64,000 bases of DNA from assembly GCA_905178155.1 (NCBI GenBank), contig CAJINV010000019.1, positions 1,162,913 through 1,226,912 of the forward strand. The letters are read 5' to 3'. This DNA comes from Amoebophrya sp. A120. Its lineage: Eukaryota; Protista; Dinoflagellata. Both the position numbers and the translations under genes were made by a program. Positions 13,263 through 25,385 of the stretch are shown one piece after another. Under the pieces are notes generated by a model. The model saw only the letters and a list, made by a program, of their open reading frames with translations. It did no database searches and was not told where the DNA came from. Each line of letters opens with the position of its first letter. Within the stretch, counting starts at the first letter, position 1.

Positions 13263-14906
13263 AGTCGATGCGTCAGTCGCTGGAATGAAGAGTACTACAC
13301 AGTTTTAAAAAATTCAGAACATAGAGGAGTTCCGAGCATATTGGCAAATACGTAAACTGTGCGGAAGTACTACATATCATGAGAAGCAAACGCAGCTGCC
13401 CCTTGTATTCTATCTTGCTGCTCTGCCTTACCTTCACGCGTGCTCCTTTGACCAAGGAGGCCTAAAGTAGAGTGGACAAAGCGTGAGTCTGTGTTGTATT
13501 TTGTGCGCGCACTAAATGAACCGACGGGAGGACGAGGCAGAGAGTCGCCCGTTCTTCGAATCATGTGGAAAAAGACGACAACGATCGATGTGCGACAGTA
13601 GAAATGTAATCTATTCGGGGTTGACTATCTGCTCACGACGCTCAACAAACACAAAGATGACATATCTAACGAGCGACAGTACGAAGTGTTCACTTTCATG
13701 AAGAGTATACATGATCCACCGGGACGAGACCACTGCGAAGTAACGATTGAGTCGATTTTTACCGTGGTGCCATTTGGCCTTACTCCAGGTCCCCTTCCGG
13801 ATCCGGCATCAAGATCGAGGATAGTCGAAGAAAATAACTCATGCCGAGCGCTGAAAAATCGCAGAGAGAGTGAAACAGGAGCTACGAAGAGAACCAAAAA
13901 ACGACCACATGATTCACGGCAATGAGTCACTACTTTTAACCGATGCTGCAACACCCTACGCGGTTCGAAAAAATCAACAAGGATTCGCACCCTGCTGCTG
14001 AGTCGTCCGAAAACTTTTCTCAGCAAGAACCGCCAGGCGGCATCAAGCACAGGCTCGTCAAATTCTTTAGATTTTGCTTTGTTTATACTTTCGTCTTTCA
14101 TTTCACTTCTTTCGCTTTTTCTTACGGGGTTGAAACTTCCACAGGCTTCGAATCGTACTGGTTGAGAATCACTAGAGAAGTGATGATCGAATCATACTGG
14201 CTTCGAGGAATCGTACTGGTTGTTGGGCGCAGGAGCCGCACCGGCGTAAAAGTACAGACCCTTCTTACAGCACCTCGCGGGAACTACAACGACCGGCTCA
14301 CGGCAATAGGGGCAGTTCCGGACTACACAAGCACGGAGTAGAAAGCGAGACGATAGAACTCAAGGAAAATTGTCGCACTAGTGGACTACTCCCAAACTGG
14401 TTCCTTTTTGCAGCTCTTTGCCCCAAACGGATGAAAAGCGACTACATTGAAACCGCAACTACTCAGTATAAAGATTTCAATAGATTTACTCCTGCTCACT
14501 CACGAGAATTGTCACTTCTCGTGGAAAAATACCACTAGTTCTAGTTGTACACTACGGTATATGCATAAAATTGATTTTTCATCAACACTGCAGCCCATTT
14601 TTCATCGCGAAACGATAGCTATTGTCAAAGTAGTCCAGCCTTGTTTGAGTTGTATAGATACGTGGAGCGTATTTTTCTTGGTTCTTTTGTTTGTAAGTGT
14701 TTATCACTTCAGCCTATTCTTCTATCTGTCATTGGTCTCTGCCAACGCATTTCCTGCGTTAGCTGAGATACTAGAATGTGATGTTTCTAATGTTTAACTT
14801 GAATCGTTCCAGATGGCTCTGGTTCTTTATCTTTTGCGATTATTTTCCCGATCTACTTCCACCCGAGTGGTGTCATACATACAGCACACAACTCTTGCCG
14901 GTCCCT

Positions 14907-17900
14907 TTACTTCTTTATGGGAGTGTCAGGATTGAAATCGTCAAAGTTGAAACGATTTGTCATGCATAAAATGCAGCCCACAAAGTGCCTGTCTTGCAGA
15001 GTAGGCAAGTGAGGCAGATTGTAAGCCTGTTGAGGGGTAGACATTGAGCTGCTAAAGTAGCATGACAAAAGGCGTCTTCCTTACCCAAACAGCATGACAA
15101 ACTGGATTTCCGTTCTACCCAAATTTGTCATGCGCCACTTGAAGACTGGATTTCAAGTGGCATCCATTTTATGCATGACAAACTATTTCAACTTTGACGA
15201 TTTCAAACCCGACGCTTCCATATTCTTCCGGTCAAAATTAATGTTGTACTTCGCAGCATCGTATTTCGTTTTTTCCGGCGAAAATTGCAGCTTGTCCAGG
15301 TTCGGGAGCTTCCGCTGGTATCCAAGAAAAAAACTGTGTTAGTGTAACTTTCATGGAGGAATGGCATCACAAGTTTGCTCTGCATGACAGAGAGAGCCTG
15401 TCATGCGTGCCTAGTACGTGAAAACACGTAAGAAAAGAGCTTCTGATGCATGTCCAGCATGACAAGTGTAACTGTTTTGCATTTTCTGCATCACAGACTT
15501 ACACTTACACAGTTTTTTTCTTGCATAGCTGGCTCTCCTCGTGCATTGCGGACGGGAGCATTGCGTGATTTACGCTCACGGCGCGCCCTCGGGCTTTACC
15601 TGCGTGTTATTTTGCAGGCCGAATCAGAAATTTTTTCGCTTTGTCTGCAGTACAAAAACTACAAACAAGTTCTTTTCTTAGTCTGCACGACACAAAAATC
15701 CAATGAGAAAAGTATAGTACTATCCTGCTGCAGCAGTGTCTTGGCGTCGCGTTCGCACATGGCAATGGAATTGCTTTTTCGGAACTGCATCGCAGCGTAG
15801 TTCAACGGAGTGTCGTGGAATTTAGATTTTACCTGGACATTTTCATTTTCTCCTCGGCTATTTCTAAATTAATTTTTGTACCATTCAACAACATTTTACC
15901 TGTAGCCTGATTCAAGAAGCGCATGACATCAAGCATCGACTCAAAGACACACGACGAGGATGATTTATCGAATCGATGATTTTTCAAAAAATCGAAATAC
16001 AATCCCGACGGTTTCGCTAGTTTTCGGGCCGAGTATGCTCCGCCTCATGTTTGCCAGAGCGCTACTTCTTTCCCCGGCATCTGTACTTGGAACGGGCCCC
16101 ACGCCGCCGGGCAGGGCGCCGCCGCGTGCGGTGCTCATGACCGAAGTGCGGTTGTTCACGCCAGGTAAGCTGCCCCCGCCCGTGCCGGACACCGACTGCC
16201 GTATTGACATTCTCACGGTGCTATCAACTGCAAATATGTCTGGGTCTGGAAGATTCCGATATTTGTCATGCTAGTCTGGCATGACTCTGAAATCTGTATT
16301 CCGTGGCCGCGAAGAACCCCTCTTGCCTGTCATGCAAAAACGCAGTTTCTCATGCCGAGTACGCAACTCAGAACCACGGAAAAACTTGTCATGCTGGGCA
16401 GCGCATTGCAGCGTGCTCATTTTTCCCTTCCCTGCATCACAAGTTCCAGACCCAGACATATTTGCAATGCATAGGTGCTCATCCGGGAAAGCCGTCGGTT
16501 TTGCTCTTGCTGGTCGAATATCAAACGGAAATGTGTCTGGGTCTGGAAGAGTGCAAGGCTGTCATGCTTGTCAGGCATGAGTCGTACATCTGTGATGCAT
16601 CAGCAGGAAAAGGGCCTCTTCCTTGTCATGCAAAAACGCAGTTTGCCATGCGGAAAACGAAACACAAAAATAGCAGCTCAAAAACTTGCCATGCTCGGCT
16701 GCGTCTGGCAGTGCGCCCAGCATTCAAGGCTTTGCATCACAAGTTTCCAGACCAGGACATATTTGCAATGCATATCGAAGGTTGCGTCTCGCTCCGCCTC
16801 TACGTCCTCACCGACCACCCGCTTACTGCTCTCCACCTTGGGTTGTGTAGTTGTTGGCATGATAAAATGCGTTTGTGTTGCAATATTTCGAATGACAAAT
16901 GATTCACCACAAAAATGCACAAGAAACTAACCAACCTGGACGTGCGCCGATTCCAGAACGTCGGCCGCTATCACCATGTCGTTGCTCTGCATACTGAACC
17001 ACGGGTGCTCCTGGGCCGCCGCGGCGGATGGCCTCTGATTCACGTCAGGTTCCAGCATTTTCAGCACGAAATCCTTCGCCTGGTCCGACATCTTTACGGT
17101 ATCTGGTATTGTCGCTTTCTTCGACAAAATCGACGCCATCATCTTGGAATCGGTATCCCCTTTGAAGGGAAACTTACCGACCATGAGCAGGTAACAAACC
17201 ACACCGACCGCCCATACGTCGCCGGAAAAGCGGTAACGCCCCCGAATCTGCTCGGGGGAAATGTACTGCACCGTACCTTGTTATTTGTCATGCATACCCG
17301 ACATGCGAGAACGGAACGATCGAAAACTCTTTGTCTTTTGCATTTTTGCGCAATACAAAATAGAACTGTAGTACGAAAACTAGTAAAAAAACAGCTATAC
17401 CGCAACAGGTCTGCAAATGGTCCTCATCGCCGATTATCGTGCTGAGGCCGAAATTATGACAGTGCACAACCCTCCTAGTTGTCCTCCACCTCATTTATTG
17501 CAAGGCCAGCCTCGACTACCATGCATGAGAAGAGAAGTCACAGAAACCCAAACAGACCTAGGATCCGTCAGGACGCGAATTTTTTGTCATGCAGAGCTGT
17601 CACTTTTGCTGCCGTCAGTGTTGCTGGATCTGCCTTCCAAATGAGGGCGATCAGAGCGAGTCGTGCACCATTTTCGTACAAATCGATCAACGCCAAGTCG
17701 CTACTGGGTTCCAACGTGCGAAACAGAAAGTTTTCCGGTTTTATGTCCCGGTGCACCACCGAGACCTCGGGCGACGCGAGGTAGGCGTATTCTGAGTAAA
17801 AACGTCCCCACCCCAGAGTTGTCATGCAAATCTGCATGCCAAAAAAGTTTGTCATGCGGAGCGCCATGAGAGGCATTTCCTAGTCGTGTTTTGGAATTCG

Positions 17901-20900
17901 AATTTGTGATGCTACAATCAGCATGATATACTACATCTGTGATGCTGCTGAACTACCTAAAAAGGATTACTAAACTACGAGGACAGACTTGTCATGCCAA
18001 ACGACCAAAGCTGGCGGATTTGTCTAGCAGATTTCCCATCTTGACTCTGGTGTGGGGACGTTTTTACAAATGATAAGGCGAGCGCCTGCAGCATCATCTT
18101 CACGTACCGTGCGGCCTCCTTCTCCGTGATCTTTCGCTTCGCGTGTCGGGGTATGCATTGCAAATATGTCTGGGTCTGGCAGAGTGCATGTTTCTCATGC
18201 TTGTCTGGCATGACTCTTAAATCTGTCATGCACAATACCCAAGAGCCCCACTTTTGCTTTTCTGTCATGCAGAAACGCAGTTTGTCACGCAGAATAGGCA
18301 ACACCTCGAAGCTAAGAAACTTGTCATGCTGAGCCAGCACTTGTGGCCTCCTCATGATACGCCACCCAGCATCACAAGTTTCCAGACCAAGACATATTTG
18401 CACCTGATACGGAGCCGGTGCATCAGCTCGCCGCCGAGAAACTCTTCCATGCAGATGTAGATAAACCGGTCGTCCGTGTAGTATATGCTGTGCAAAAGTA
18501 TCGCACTCGTACTAATGGCAAACATTCGTTCGTTGTGGATCGGCTCTGCCGACCGGGTAACCCAACGCCTTGCATATAAATGACCGACTTAGGCGAACCC
18601 CGTTGCGGGCATACAAATTGGCCGTACGGAAGGGCCCTAAGCGCTACATACATAGTTCACCCTAAGCGCCTACCACTTCGGTCTGGGACCTCGTCTACCT
18701 GATCCTGGGGGTCCACAGCGCACTAGCCCTTTGCTAGCATAAACAGACTGGGTTCTAAAAACTGACTTAACTCCCTCCATCCTTTCAACAGTAAGGCCAT
18801 CATAAAGGTGCGCTAAAAAAGGTTCGGGGCGCTCCGTACGGAAGGGAGCCTTTCGACGCGGCGTACACTCTCCTGTAGAGGTTTACGCGGAACACGGATG
18901 GGCCGCGCACGCAACTCAGTCGAGGAGGACACACGCTATCCTCAATAACAGAGGCGGTAGTCCCTCACGGCGGCTGGCCTGTCTGAAGACTGTAAGCCCC
19001 ACCTCCCATCTTCCCGGTTCGTCAATGACTCGGGCGAGCCATGTTACTTAGACTCCCCGCACATGCAAATATGGGACGGCTGGGGGGGTTTAAAAGGTGC
19101 TCGCGCCGTTCATGATCTACTATAAAAGAAAAGGTCTTACTTATACAAATGGCGGAGCTTATAACTACGAGCTGATGGCCTCCTGTTTAATGCTTCATCT
19201 CCCTCCTTCCTCTTTTCTTCCTTCTTCAATTAAATTCGCCCCCCTCTTCACCTTTACCTCGCCTCTGTTTCAATTTAACTCGCCGCCATCTAACTCGCCT
19301 CCTTCCTTCTTCGCCATTAGTCGCCTCCTCTCCTGTCTCTTCCCCACTTTGACTCGCCCCTTTCCCGTCTAGCTAGCTGCTCCCGGCTCGCAGTTCAGAG
19401 TCTTCGCGCATTCAAGTCGAACGCCTGGCCCCGTTACCTGCGTAATTATTTTTTTTTATTTTTTTTTTTTTTTGGGTCTGGATCGTCTCCGGGCTTCTCT
19501 ATCTGGATGGGCTCGATCTTCTTAGCCTCTTGTCTTTACCTGCTTAGTATATTTTTTTTTTTTTTTAAGGATCCTTTAAGTTCCCCACCCTGCCTCGTGA
19601 TCTGCCTGAGTGCTCCCGTGCTGATCTTAGTTGTATCAATTTCGTCGGCCGCTTAATGGGTCCACTAGCTGGACAGGTTTTGAAGGCTCTGAGAGCGATG
19701 GCGAGGCTTTGGGACGAACGCACCAATTCGCGCGAATCTTCTCGCCGGCTTCTCTTTTTTATTTTTTTTTTTTTGCTCTCCTGTTTCTGTTTCAGATTTA
19801 GAACTCTACTGCACTGGACTGCTGTACTTTTCAGCAGCCGGCAAAGTCTTGCAGTGATGTGTTTTTCAAACGGCCAACGAGGTGCATTTCTCAAACTTGT
19901 AGAACATTCAGACGCGACTCCCGAGCTGACTTAGAGACTTTTCAGCTGTTTAACCGTAGAGATCCTGCGTCGCTTGTAGTCGTCCTCCCGCTCTCCCTCC
20001 TGCGCCCATCTGCAAGGGTTCGCTGATAATCCGCTGCATCGTTTGCGCCAGCGTCTCCTCCTCTTCGGCTGCTTCTTGTTTATTATCTCCGTGCTGTTTG
20101 CTTTTCTGCCTTTTCCTTTGCGTTGTATCTTCTCCTTCTGCTTCTCTCTTTTTGGACTCTGTTCTTTCTCCTTCGGCGCTTTTTCTTCTCCTCACGTTTT
20201 CACTGTTGCTCGCTCTCCCTCTTTGTCCTGCAGCGCTACTTGCTCTCTGGTCTTGCGATGCCCCGGCTTCCTTTGAGTATCTTTTATGCCCTCCCTTTGA
20301 AAATTCTAATGAGTACGGCGCTTTTGAGGTTAGGGGGTCTACTTCCGCTCGCACTGGCTCGGCCAACTCCTTTGCTTCTGTCTTTTGCTTTGTGCTTTTC
20401 GCTTCCGCTTGTTTTGATTTTCGTTGAGTCGCCGGCTTCTCATTTCCTCCCGTGACTTTAGCTTCTTTCCCTGCGCTGCTCCGCGTTATTCCTATACTTA
20501 TGCCTTTACTTTCTAGCGACGCCCTGGCTTTTGGCTGGACGGCCGAGAACCTGCTGCGTTGCGCGCTGCCTTCGTGCTTGCTTTTTTTTGTTTCTTTTTT
20601 CCCTCTTCCTTCTTCGCTCTCTTTCCGTTCCCCCCATTTTTCCTCTTTTGTTGTCGTCCCCTGTTTCGCTGGGCCGTCTCCCTCTGCGGTCACTTTCTGC
20701 CTCGTTTTTTTCTCCTTCCACTCCCCTACGCCACCCTGTGCCCTTTGCGCCCCTACCTTATCGACTCCTCCTGCTTCTTCTTTGTCTTCTTGGCCCGTTC
20801 CATCTACCTCCTCCCCTTCCCAAGTGTAGTCCCGCAGCTCTCCAGGTAGTATCTTCTTCTCTTTTCTTTCTACTATCGAGAGCGATAGCGACTGCAATGC

Positions 20901-23819
20901 TGTCCCCTTTTCTGTGTCTCTTATACTATTTCTCCTCGTGTCATTTCTATTCTGCGCATCCTCCTCTTTCTCCTTAATCATTCTTGCAGCGTTCTCCAGC
21001 AGCTTCCCCATTAGGTCCTCGTCTGCTTGCTTCACCTTTTTCCGTTCTACTAGATGCGCTTCTTCCTCACTTTCCTGCTCGTCTTGCCACTCTTTCAATA
21101 TTCCTCTAATGTCGCTATTCTCCTTAATATCTTCGGGCTCTTCTATCTTTCTGAGTTCTTCGGGGCATAGTGCTCCTATTATGAAGTCCTGCCGCTCAGT
21201 CCTTGTCATCTCTGGCCAAGCTTCTACGTCTGGCAGCCCTAGCGCCCCTTCTCCGAAATCATATATCGGCCAGATTAGTGACCCTCTGTCCATCTCCGAC
21301 ACATCAATGGCGCGCAGGGTCTTGCTTGTCACTATCTCTACTCCTTCTCCCACCCTCCTCTCTTCTTCTTTTACTTCGAGGCCCCCCTTATCGATGCATA
21401 TCCCCACTGTACCACTGTGGCCCTGGAGCCCTCTTATATATTCCCTTCTCCCACGATGCTCTTCCCGTCGTTCTTCCTGATACTATTCTTCTGCGGATCA
21501 CTACTGTCAGCCCTAACTCGTCTGCTGCAATCACTTTCACCAACTCTCCATCCTTCGGCCATGAATTCTCATACGTTCTAGAGTTGTCCTGTACTATCCC
21601 TGTCGCCCTCAGATCTGACACTGCTGGCATCCTTATGCTCGTCCCTTTTCCCATTGCCTCCAGTAACGCTATATCTGCCACGTTTCTCTTCTCCATCATC
21701 TCTTTGATTCCCTTCGTTATACCTTGCTCCCCTTCTCCTAAAATTCGCACTGGTAACGTTGCCCACTTCATAAATAGCATGGCAAATCTCTCTCCTAAGT
21801 TAAAACAGCATTACAAATTCCACTTTTCTTCTTGCCAAAATTTGTAGTACGCTACTTTTGCAATGCATATAGTAGCCGTGAAAACCGACCACGTTCGGGT
21901 GCTTCATATCGCGAGAAAAAAGTGCTTCAACACTGCGAAGTTGCGATGCAAAAGATGCAACACAGAAGCACTTGTCTTGCTACACATGCACAACGTTGGA
22001 TATTACTGGTCGCGTTTTTCCTTAGAGCAGATCCCGCATGGCAAATTCTCTTTCGCTTTGTCATGTGTAGCGAACTTGTAATGCAAAACTTGCAAAATCC
22101 TTACCGTGAAACACTTTTTTCGTGCGATACTTCATTCGCTTCATGCACTCGATCTCCATCATGAGCTCCTCGTACGTGACCCCCTGCTCGCATCGCAGGA
22201 TGATCTGAAAGAGTTTATTGTCATGATCACGAGTTCTTGTTCCCCACAGAAGAGTAGGCGTCGTTGCCATGCAGTGCCATTGCATGTAATATGCGTCAAG
22301 AAACATGTTTTTGCAAGCCGAATCCAGTATGCTAGGAGTGCCAATAATAGCCGCGTCCGCGGAGGTAGTGAGGTCATGGCGGTCTTTTTGTCTTCACGCC
22401 AAAAAAGGACGCAACTTCTCTGCCCGCCATGCCAGCATCGTGAGTAATGTTATGAGTAATGTTATGCACGACGGCACGGCGGTCGCTAAAAATCTCAATC
22501 CAGAGGCGGCCTCCATTTGGTTTCGAATCGAAACACCTTCCCCGCATGCTATGGCCCCGCCAGGGCCCGCGCCAGGGTCGGCCCCTTGGGAGCCCCAAAT
22601 CGGGCCCATAGCATGCGGATTGGCTTCTTGCTTTTGGCGGACTTTGTTTTTTTTGTTTTTTTTTTGTCAAAATGACGCATCTCCTGGCCTTCAGTCCGCC
22701 TCTGAAGTGGCGGACTTTGAGGGCGTCTTTTGCGGGGCCCGAATGTGGGGCAAAATGAGGCCCATACCATGCGGATTCGCTGTTTTTTTCGGAGTGCTGC
22801 TTTTTGGGCGCCCATTTTTGGGCGCCGCAAATCGCCAGAAACTAAGGCGGTGGGCGCCTCGGAAGGGCGCCCCTTCTGCCGGCTCCCCTGCGTCGTTTTA
22901 TCCAGTGCGACTCGATAGTTTTCGACCGGGCTTGTTTGATATCAAAGCCCCGGCCGCTTGATAAATGAAATTTTTTTTATGTTCAAAAACACTTCCGGGC
23001 GCTTGAAAACTGCCGGTCGTTTTGCATGAGACATGTCAAAAAGATCGCTAGATTAGAACGTTCGTGACCTCACTACATATAAAACAACTATATCAAAGAA
23101 CCTTGATAGCCACATGCTGCCCGGTCTTATGCGCCCGGGCCCTGCGGACCTGGCCAAACGCACCCGCGCCGATTTTCTCCTCGAACGCATATACATCTCG
23201 TATTGTGAGGAAAGATCCCCCCTCCCCATATCGAAAAGGTACGTAGCAGAAAATTTGCAATGCTGATTTGCGACCACAAATCATCTCTGTCTTGCAAGAA
23301 GGCATCTCCACAGGCTCCGCCGCTTTATGCAGGCGATTTGTGACGCCGTTGGGCCTACAGCGCAGACGTTTCTCATGCTAAGAGCCTAGCCCAAAACCTC
23401 TCTGCTCAGGCTTGGTATGGGCCTACAGTCGTCTCCAGCAAGACAAATCTGATATGTGTACGCAAATCCAGCATCACAAACTTCGTTTTGATATGGGGTG
23501 GGGGGATTTTTCATTTTGATATCTCGCACGTCCTTCGGGAAAAGACATGCACAACATGCCATGTATGACCCGCTCAGGTGTTACAATCTCAAACGTTACA
23601 ATAGAATATGGAAATCTGTGATGCAAGAGTGCATGATCTAGGCTCTTCCCACAGGATTTCGCATGACAAGTTTCGGAGCTCCAAACCGCACTATAATCTG
23701 GCGAAATTTGTGTTGCAGAAAGTGGAACGCTCCGCGAGTCTGTCATGCTCATCATGCAAGATAAATCCCAGATTCTATTGCAACGTTTGAGATTGTAACG
23801 TTTGAGCAGGTCATACCAT
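14907..23819 (-). CDS. CAMK/CDPK-family Ser/Thr protein kinase, no EF-hands seen; 11 introners + GT-AG introns (22205-23101, 17277-17400, 16837-16935)
   Basis: Spliced protein: MACCAC..IGAGAFGQV..VAIKII..EIECMKRMKHPNVV..MEEFLGGEL..HRDIKPENFLF..IDFGLS..CGTVQYISPE..DVWAVGVVCYLLMVGKFPF..QRPSAAAAQEHPWF. The junction between ~16010 and ~15600 is unresolved, so the gene may end at 15965. Confidence 0.85.
14916..15222. mobile_element. Introner family B
   Basis: TIRs; TSD ttctt. Confidence 0.9.
15319..15527. mobile_element. Introner family C
   Basis: TIRs; TSD gctgg. Confidence 0.9.
16222..16473. mobile_element. Introner family A
   Basis: TIRs; TSD ggtgc. Confidence 0.9.
16519..16774. mobile_element. 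Introner family A
   Basis: TIRs; TSD tcgaa. Confidence 0.9.
17455..17678. mobile_element. Introner family E (diverged), splits the kinase DFG codons
   Basis: Degenerate TIRs; flanks gaaat/caaat. Confidence 0.8.
17788..18075. mobile_element. Introner family G
   Basis: TIRs; TSD aggcg. Confidence 0.9.
18152..18409. mobile_element. Introner family A
   Basis: TIRs; flanks cgggg/cggag. Confidence 0.9.
18484..21869. mobile_element. Giant (3386 bp) introner family I with ~3.25-kb nested insertion
   Basis: TIRs TATGCTGTGCAAAAGTATCGCACT / AGTACGCTACTTTTGCAATGCATA; TSD tagta; removal gives ..VVGFHGYYTDDRFIYICME.. Confidence 0.85.
19950..21780 (-). pseudogene. Frameshifted, Glu/Lys-rich ORF pair (130 aa + 485 aa) inside a nested insertion; possibly an ORF1/gag-like remnant of an unclassified mobile element
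   Basis: Overlapping ORFs 21388-21780 and 19950-21407 on a strongly purine-rich strand, wholly inside the 3.4-kb introner. No recognisable DDE, RT or YR motif. Confidence 0.4.
21907..22129. mobile_element. Introner family J (TIR TATCGC..GAAAAAAGTGYTTCA)
   Basis: TIRs; TSD cttca. Confidence 0.9.
22365..23076. mobile_element. ~710-bp non-autonomous TIR element (MITE-like) inside a GT-AG intron of the kinase
   Basis: Perfect 12-bp IR GTAGTGAGGTCA/TGACCTCACTAC plus inner IR GCGGTCTTTTTG/CAAAAAGATCGC; internal hairpins; no clear TSD. Confidence 0.55.
23201..23521. mobile_element. Introner family F
   Basis: TIRs; TSD tctcg. Confidence 0.9.
23564..23815. mobile_element. Introner family D, at the kinase start codon
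   Basis: TIRs; TSD ccatg. Confidence 0.9.
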
Positions 23820-24041
23820 GGTGCTTGAACTTTTTCCCGCCTTGCCGCCGTAAATGGAAGACGCCCGTCGTCAAAGCTACTCATGATTTACCTCACGAGA
23901 GGGTCGTGACATGACCATCTTGGCATCAGAGATCCAAGACTAGAAATTTCATTTGTTGTTGTGTGTTCCAAGAACTACTCGAACGTGAAATTGAAATTTT
24001 TATCTACTTACTTCATTGCCTGGGACTATATCTACATACAG

Positions 24042-25204
24042 CGCACAGAAGGACCCCCGTATCTCCTTGATGAAAGTGAGTTTTTTCAATGTGAATCAAC
24101 TCCTTGCAACTCATTTTGGCTACATCTCAACAACCACTCCGAAGATGCTCCGTCTGTTGTACTGCTCTCGTCTACTACGTCCCCGCGTAGGTGTACTTAA
24201 GAATGGCACTGAAGCCAAGAATGAAGCCGCAGCGGCAAGGGCCCCAAGTTTAGAAGAGTCGTTGCCCCAGAGTCCTCGAGACAGGGCCCCGCAAAGGTTC
24301 TTGCGCACTGTCGGAACAACGGAGTACTAGCACTGGCTGTGCGGCCAGTGGAGATCATTCTCATGCGATATACTTATGTCGGCAGATGATGCAGTGGGGG
24401 GCAACAGTCATCCTCTTCACAAGCACAACAACTGTGACAAGTACTAATAGATCCAGGTACAATTGGTGTTCTTTCCATTCTCTTCACAGGCCACGCATTC
24501 TTGATCTTCCGGACGAGACGTGCTTCACACGAGGTCGTCTCGTATTGTAATCCAAAGAATCGTCGTCCAGCAGCCGTTTCGAATCTGCAATGCGGCTCAT
24601 GTTCGCTTGTCCTGTTGTTATGCCTCACGAAGATGTTTGTTCCACCGAGATGCGACCCAGGAGCCACCACGTGCTACAGTATTAACACCATCACCAGATG
24701 AACCCACTGCAGCTGTTGACCTAGCTCATGAGCTCCACCCAGCACACCGCAGCCGGAGCACCGCGATTAGGTATCATGCCGGTAAAAACGATGTGCTCAA
24801 ATGAATCTGCAGAAAGAAAGGGTCGGAAGTGGAGACAGATGTTGAACAGTTCTTCGCTGCGTCATTACCATGAAAATTGCCCCCACCCCTGAACCTGGCA
24901 GCATTTGTATTGCAAGCCTTTCCAATAGAAACCCTCCCCGTCTTGCATATATCAGCATACCAAATTTGCCACGCTGAATGGCTCAAATCTGTGTTGCAAA
25001 GGAGCCCAAAAGTTGCCGGATCTGTTATGCAAAGGATACCTTGCGCACCTAGATTCTGCATCAGAAAGGCTCGTAGTCCTTTCATGCAAGACAAAGAGCT
25101 TTCATTTGGAAACCTTGCATGAGAAACTTTTGCAAATTCCGGGGTGGGGACATTTTTCATTGTAATATGCGTTCTCTTCTCAGGTCGCTTTCAACCTTCT
25201 TTAG
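24042..25204 (+). CDS. Small hypothetical protein, several GT-AG introns + 1 introner; 5' end not found
   Basis: Five successive GT-AG-bounded exons are phase-compatible (..RTEGPPYLLDESVLKNG..PRILDLPDE..AVDLAHELH..KKGSEVETDVEQFFAAFSSQVAFNLL*). Confidence 0.45.
24863..25167. mobile_element. Introner family H (TIR TAT..ATGAAAAATGCCCCCACC)
   Basis: TIRs (left terminus CAT); TSD tgcgt. Confidence 0.85.
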
Positions 25205-25385
25205 TTGTCATTCCGCCCTATGAATTGTGCTTGAACAGAGAATACAAGCACACAACTACGAAAAATCATTGACGTCAAGAACAATCAACGTGGTTGTTAT
25301 AACAACCTCATTGCAGCTAGTACAAAGGTGACGAAGTAGAAACTGCTTCCAAACAACTTGGCATCAAAATCTATCAAACAAAAAC

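Noticed and set aside
14190-14360. RING-like fragment (..RNCPYCREP..) on the minus strand, with three GAATCRTACTGG repeats nearby
   Set aside because: Could not be joined to upstream exons, so there is not enough support for a gene.
18975-19030. Hammerhead ribozyme core (CTGAAGA)
   Set aside because: No matching GAAA or stem II nearby.
23474-23884. ORF MSSFDDGRLP.. as the kinase N-terminus
   Set aside because: Out of frame with the kinase after introner removal; the ATG within the TSD gives the correct frame.
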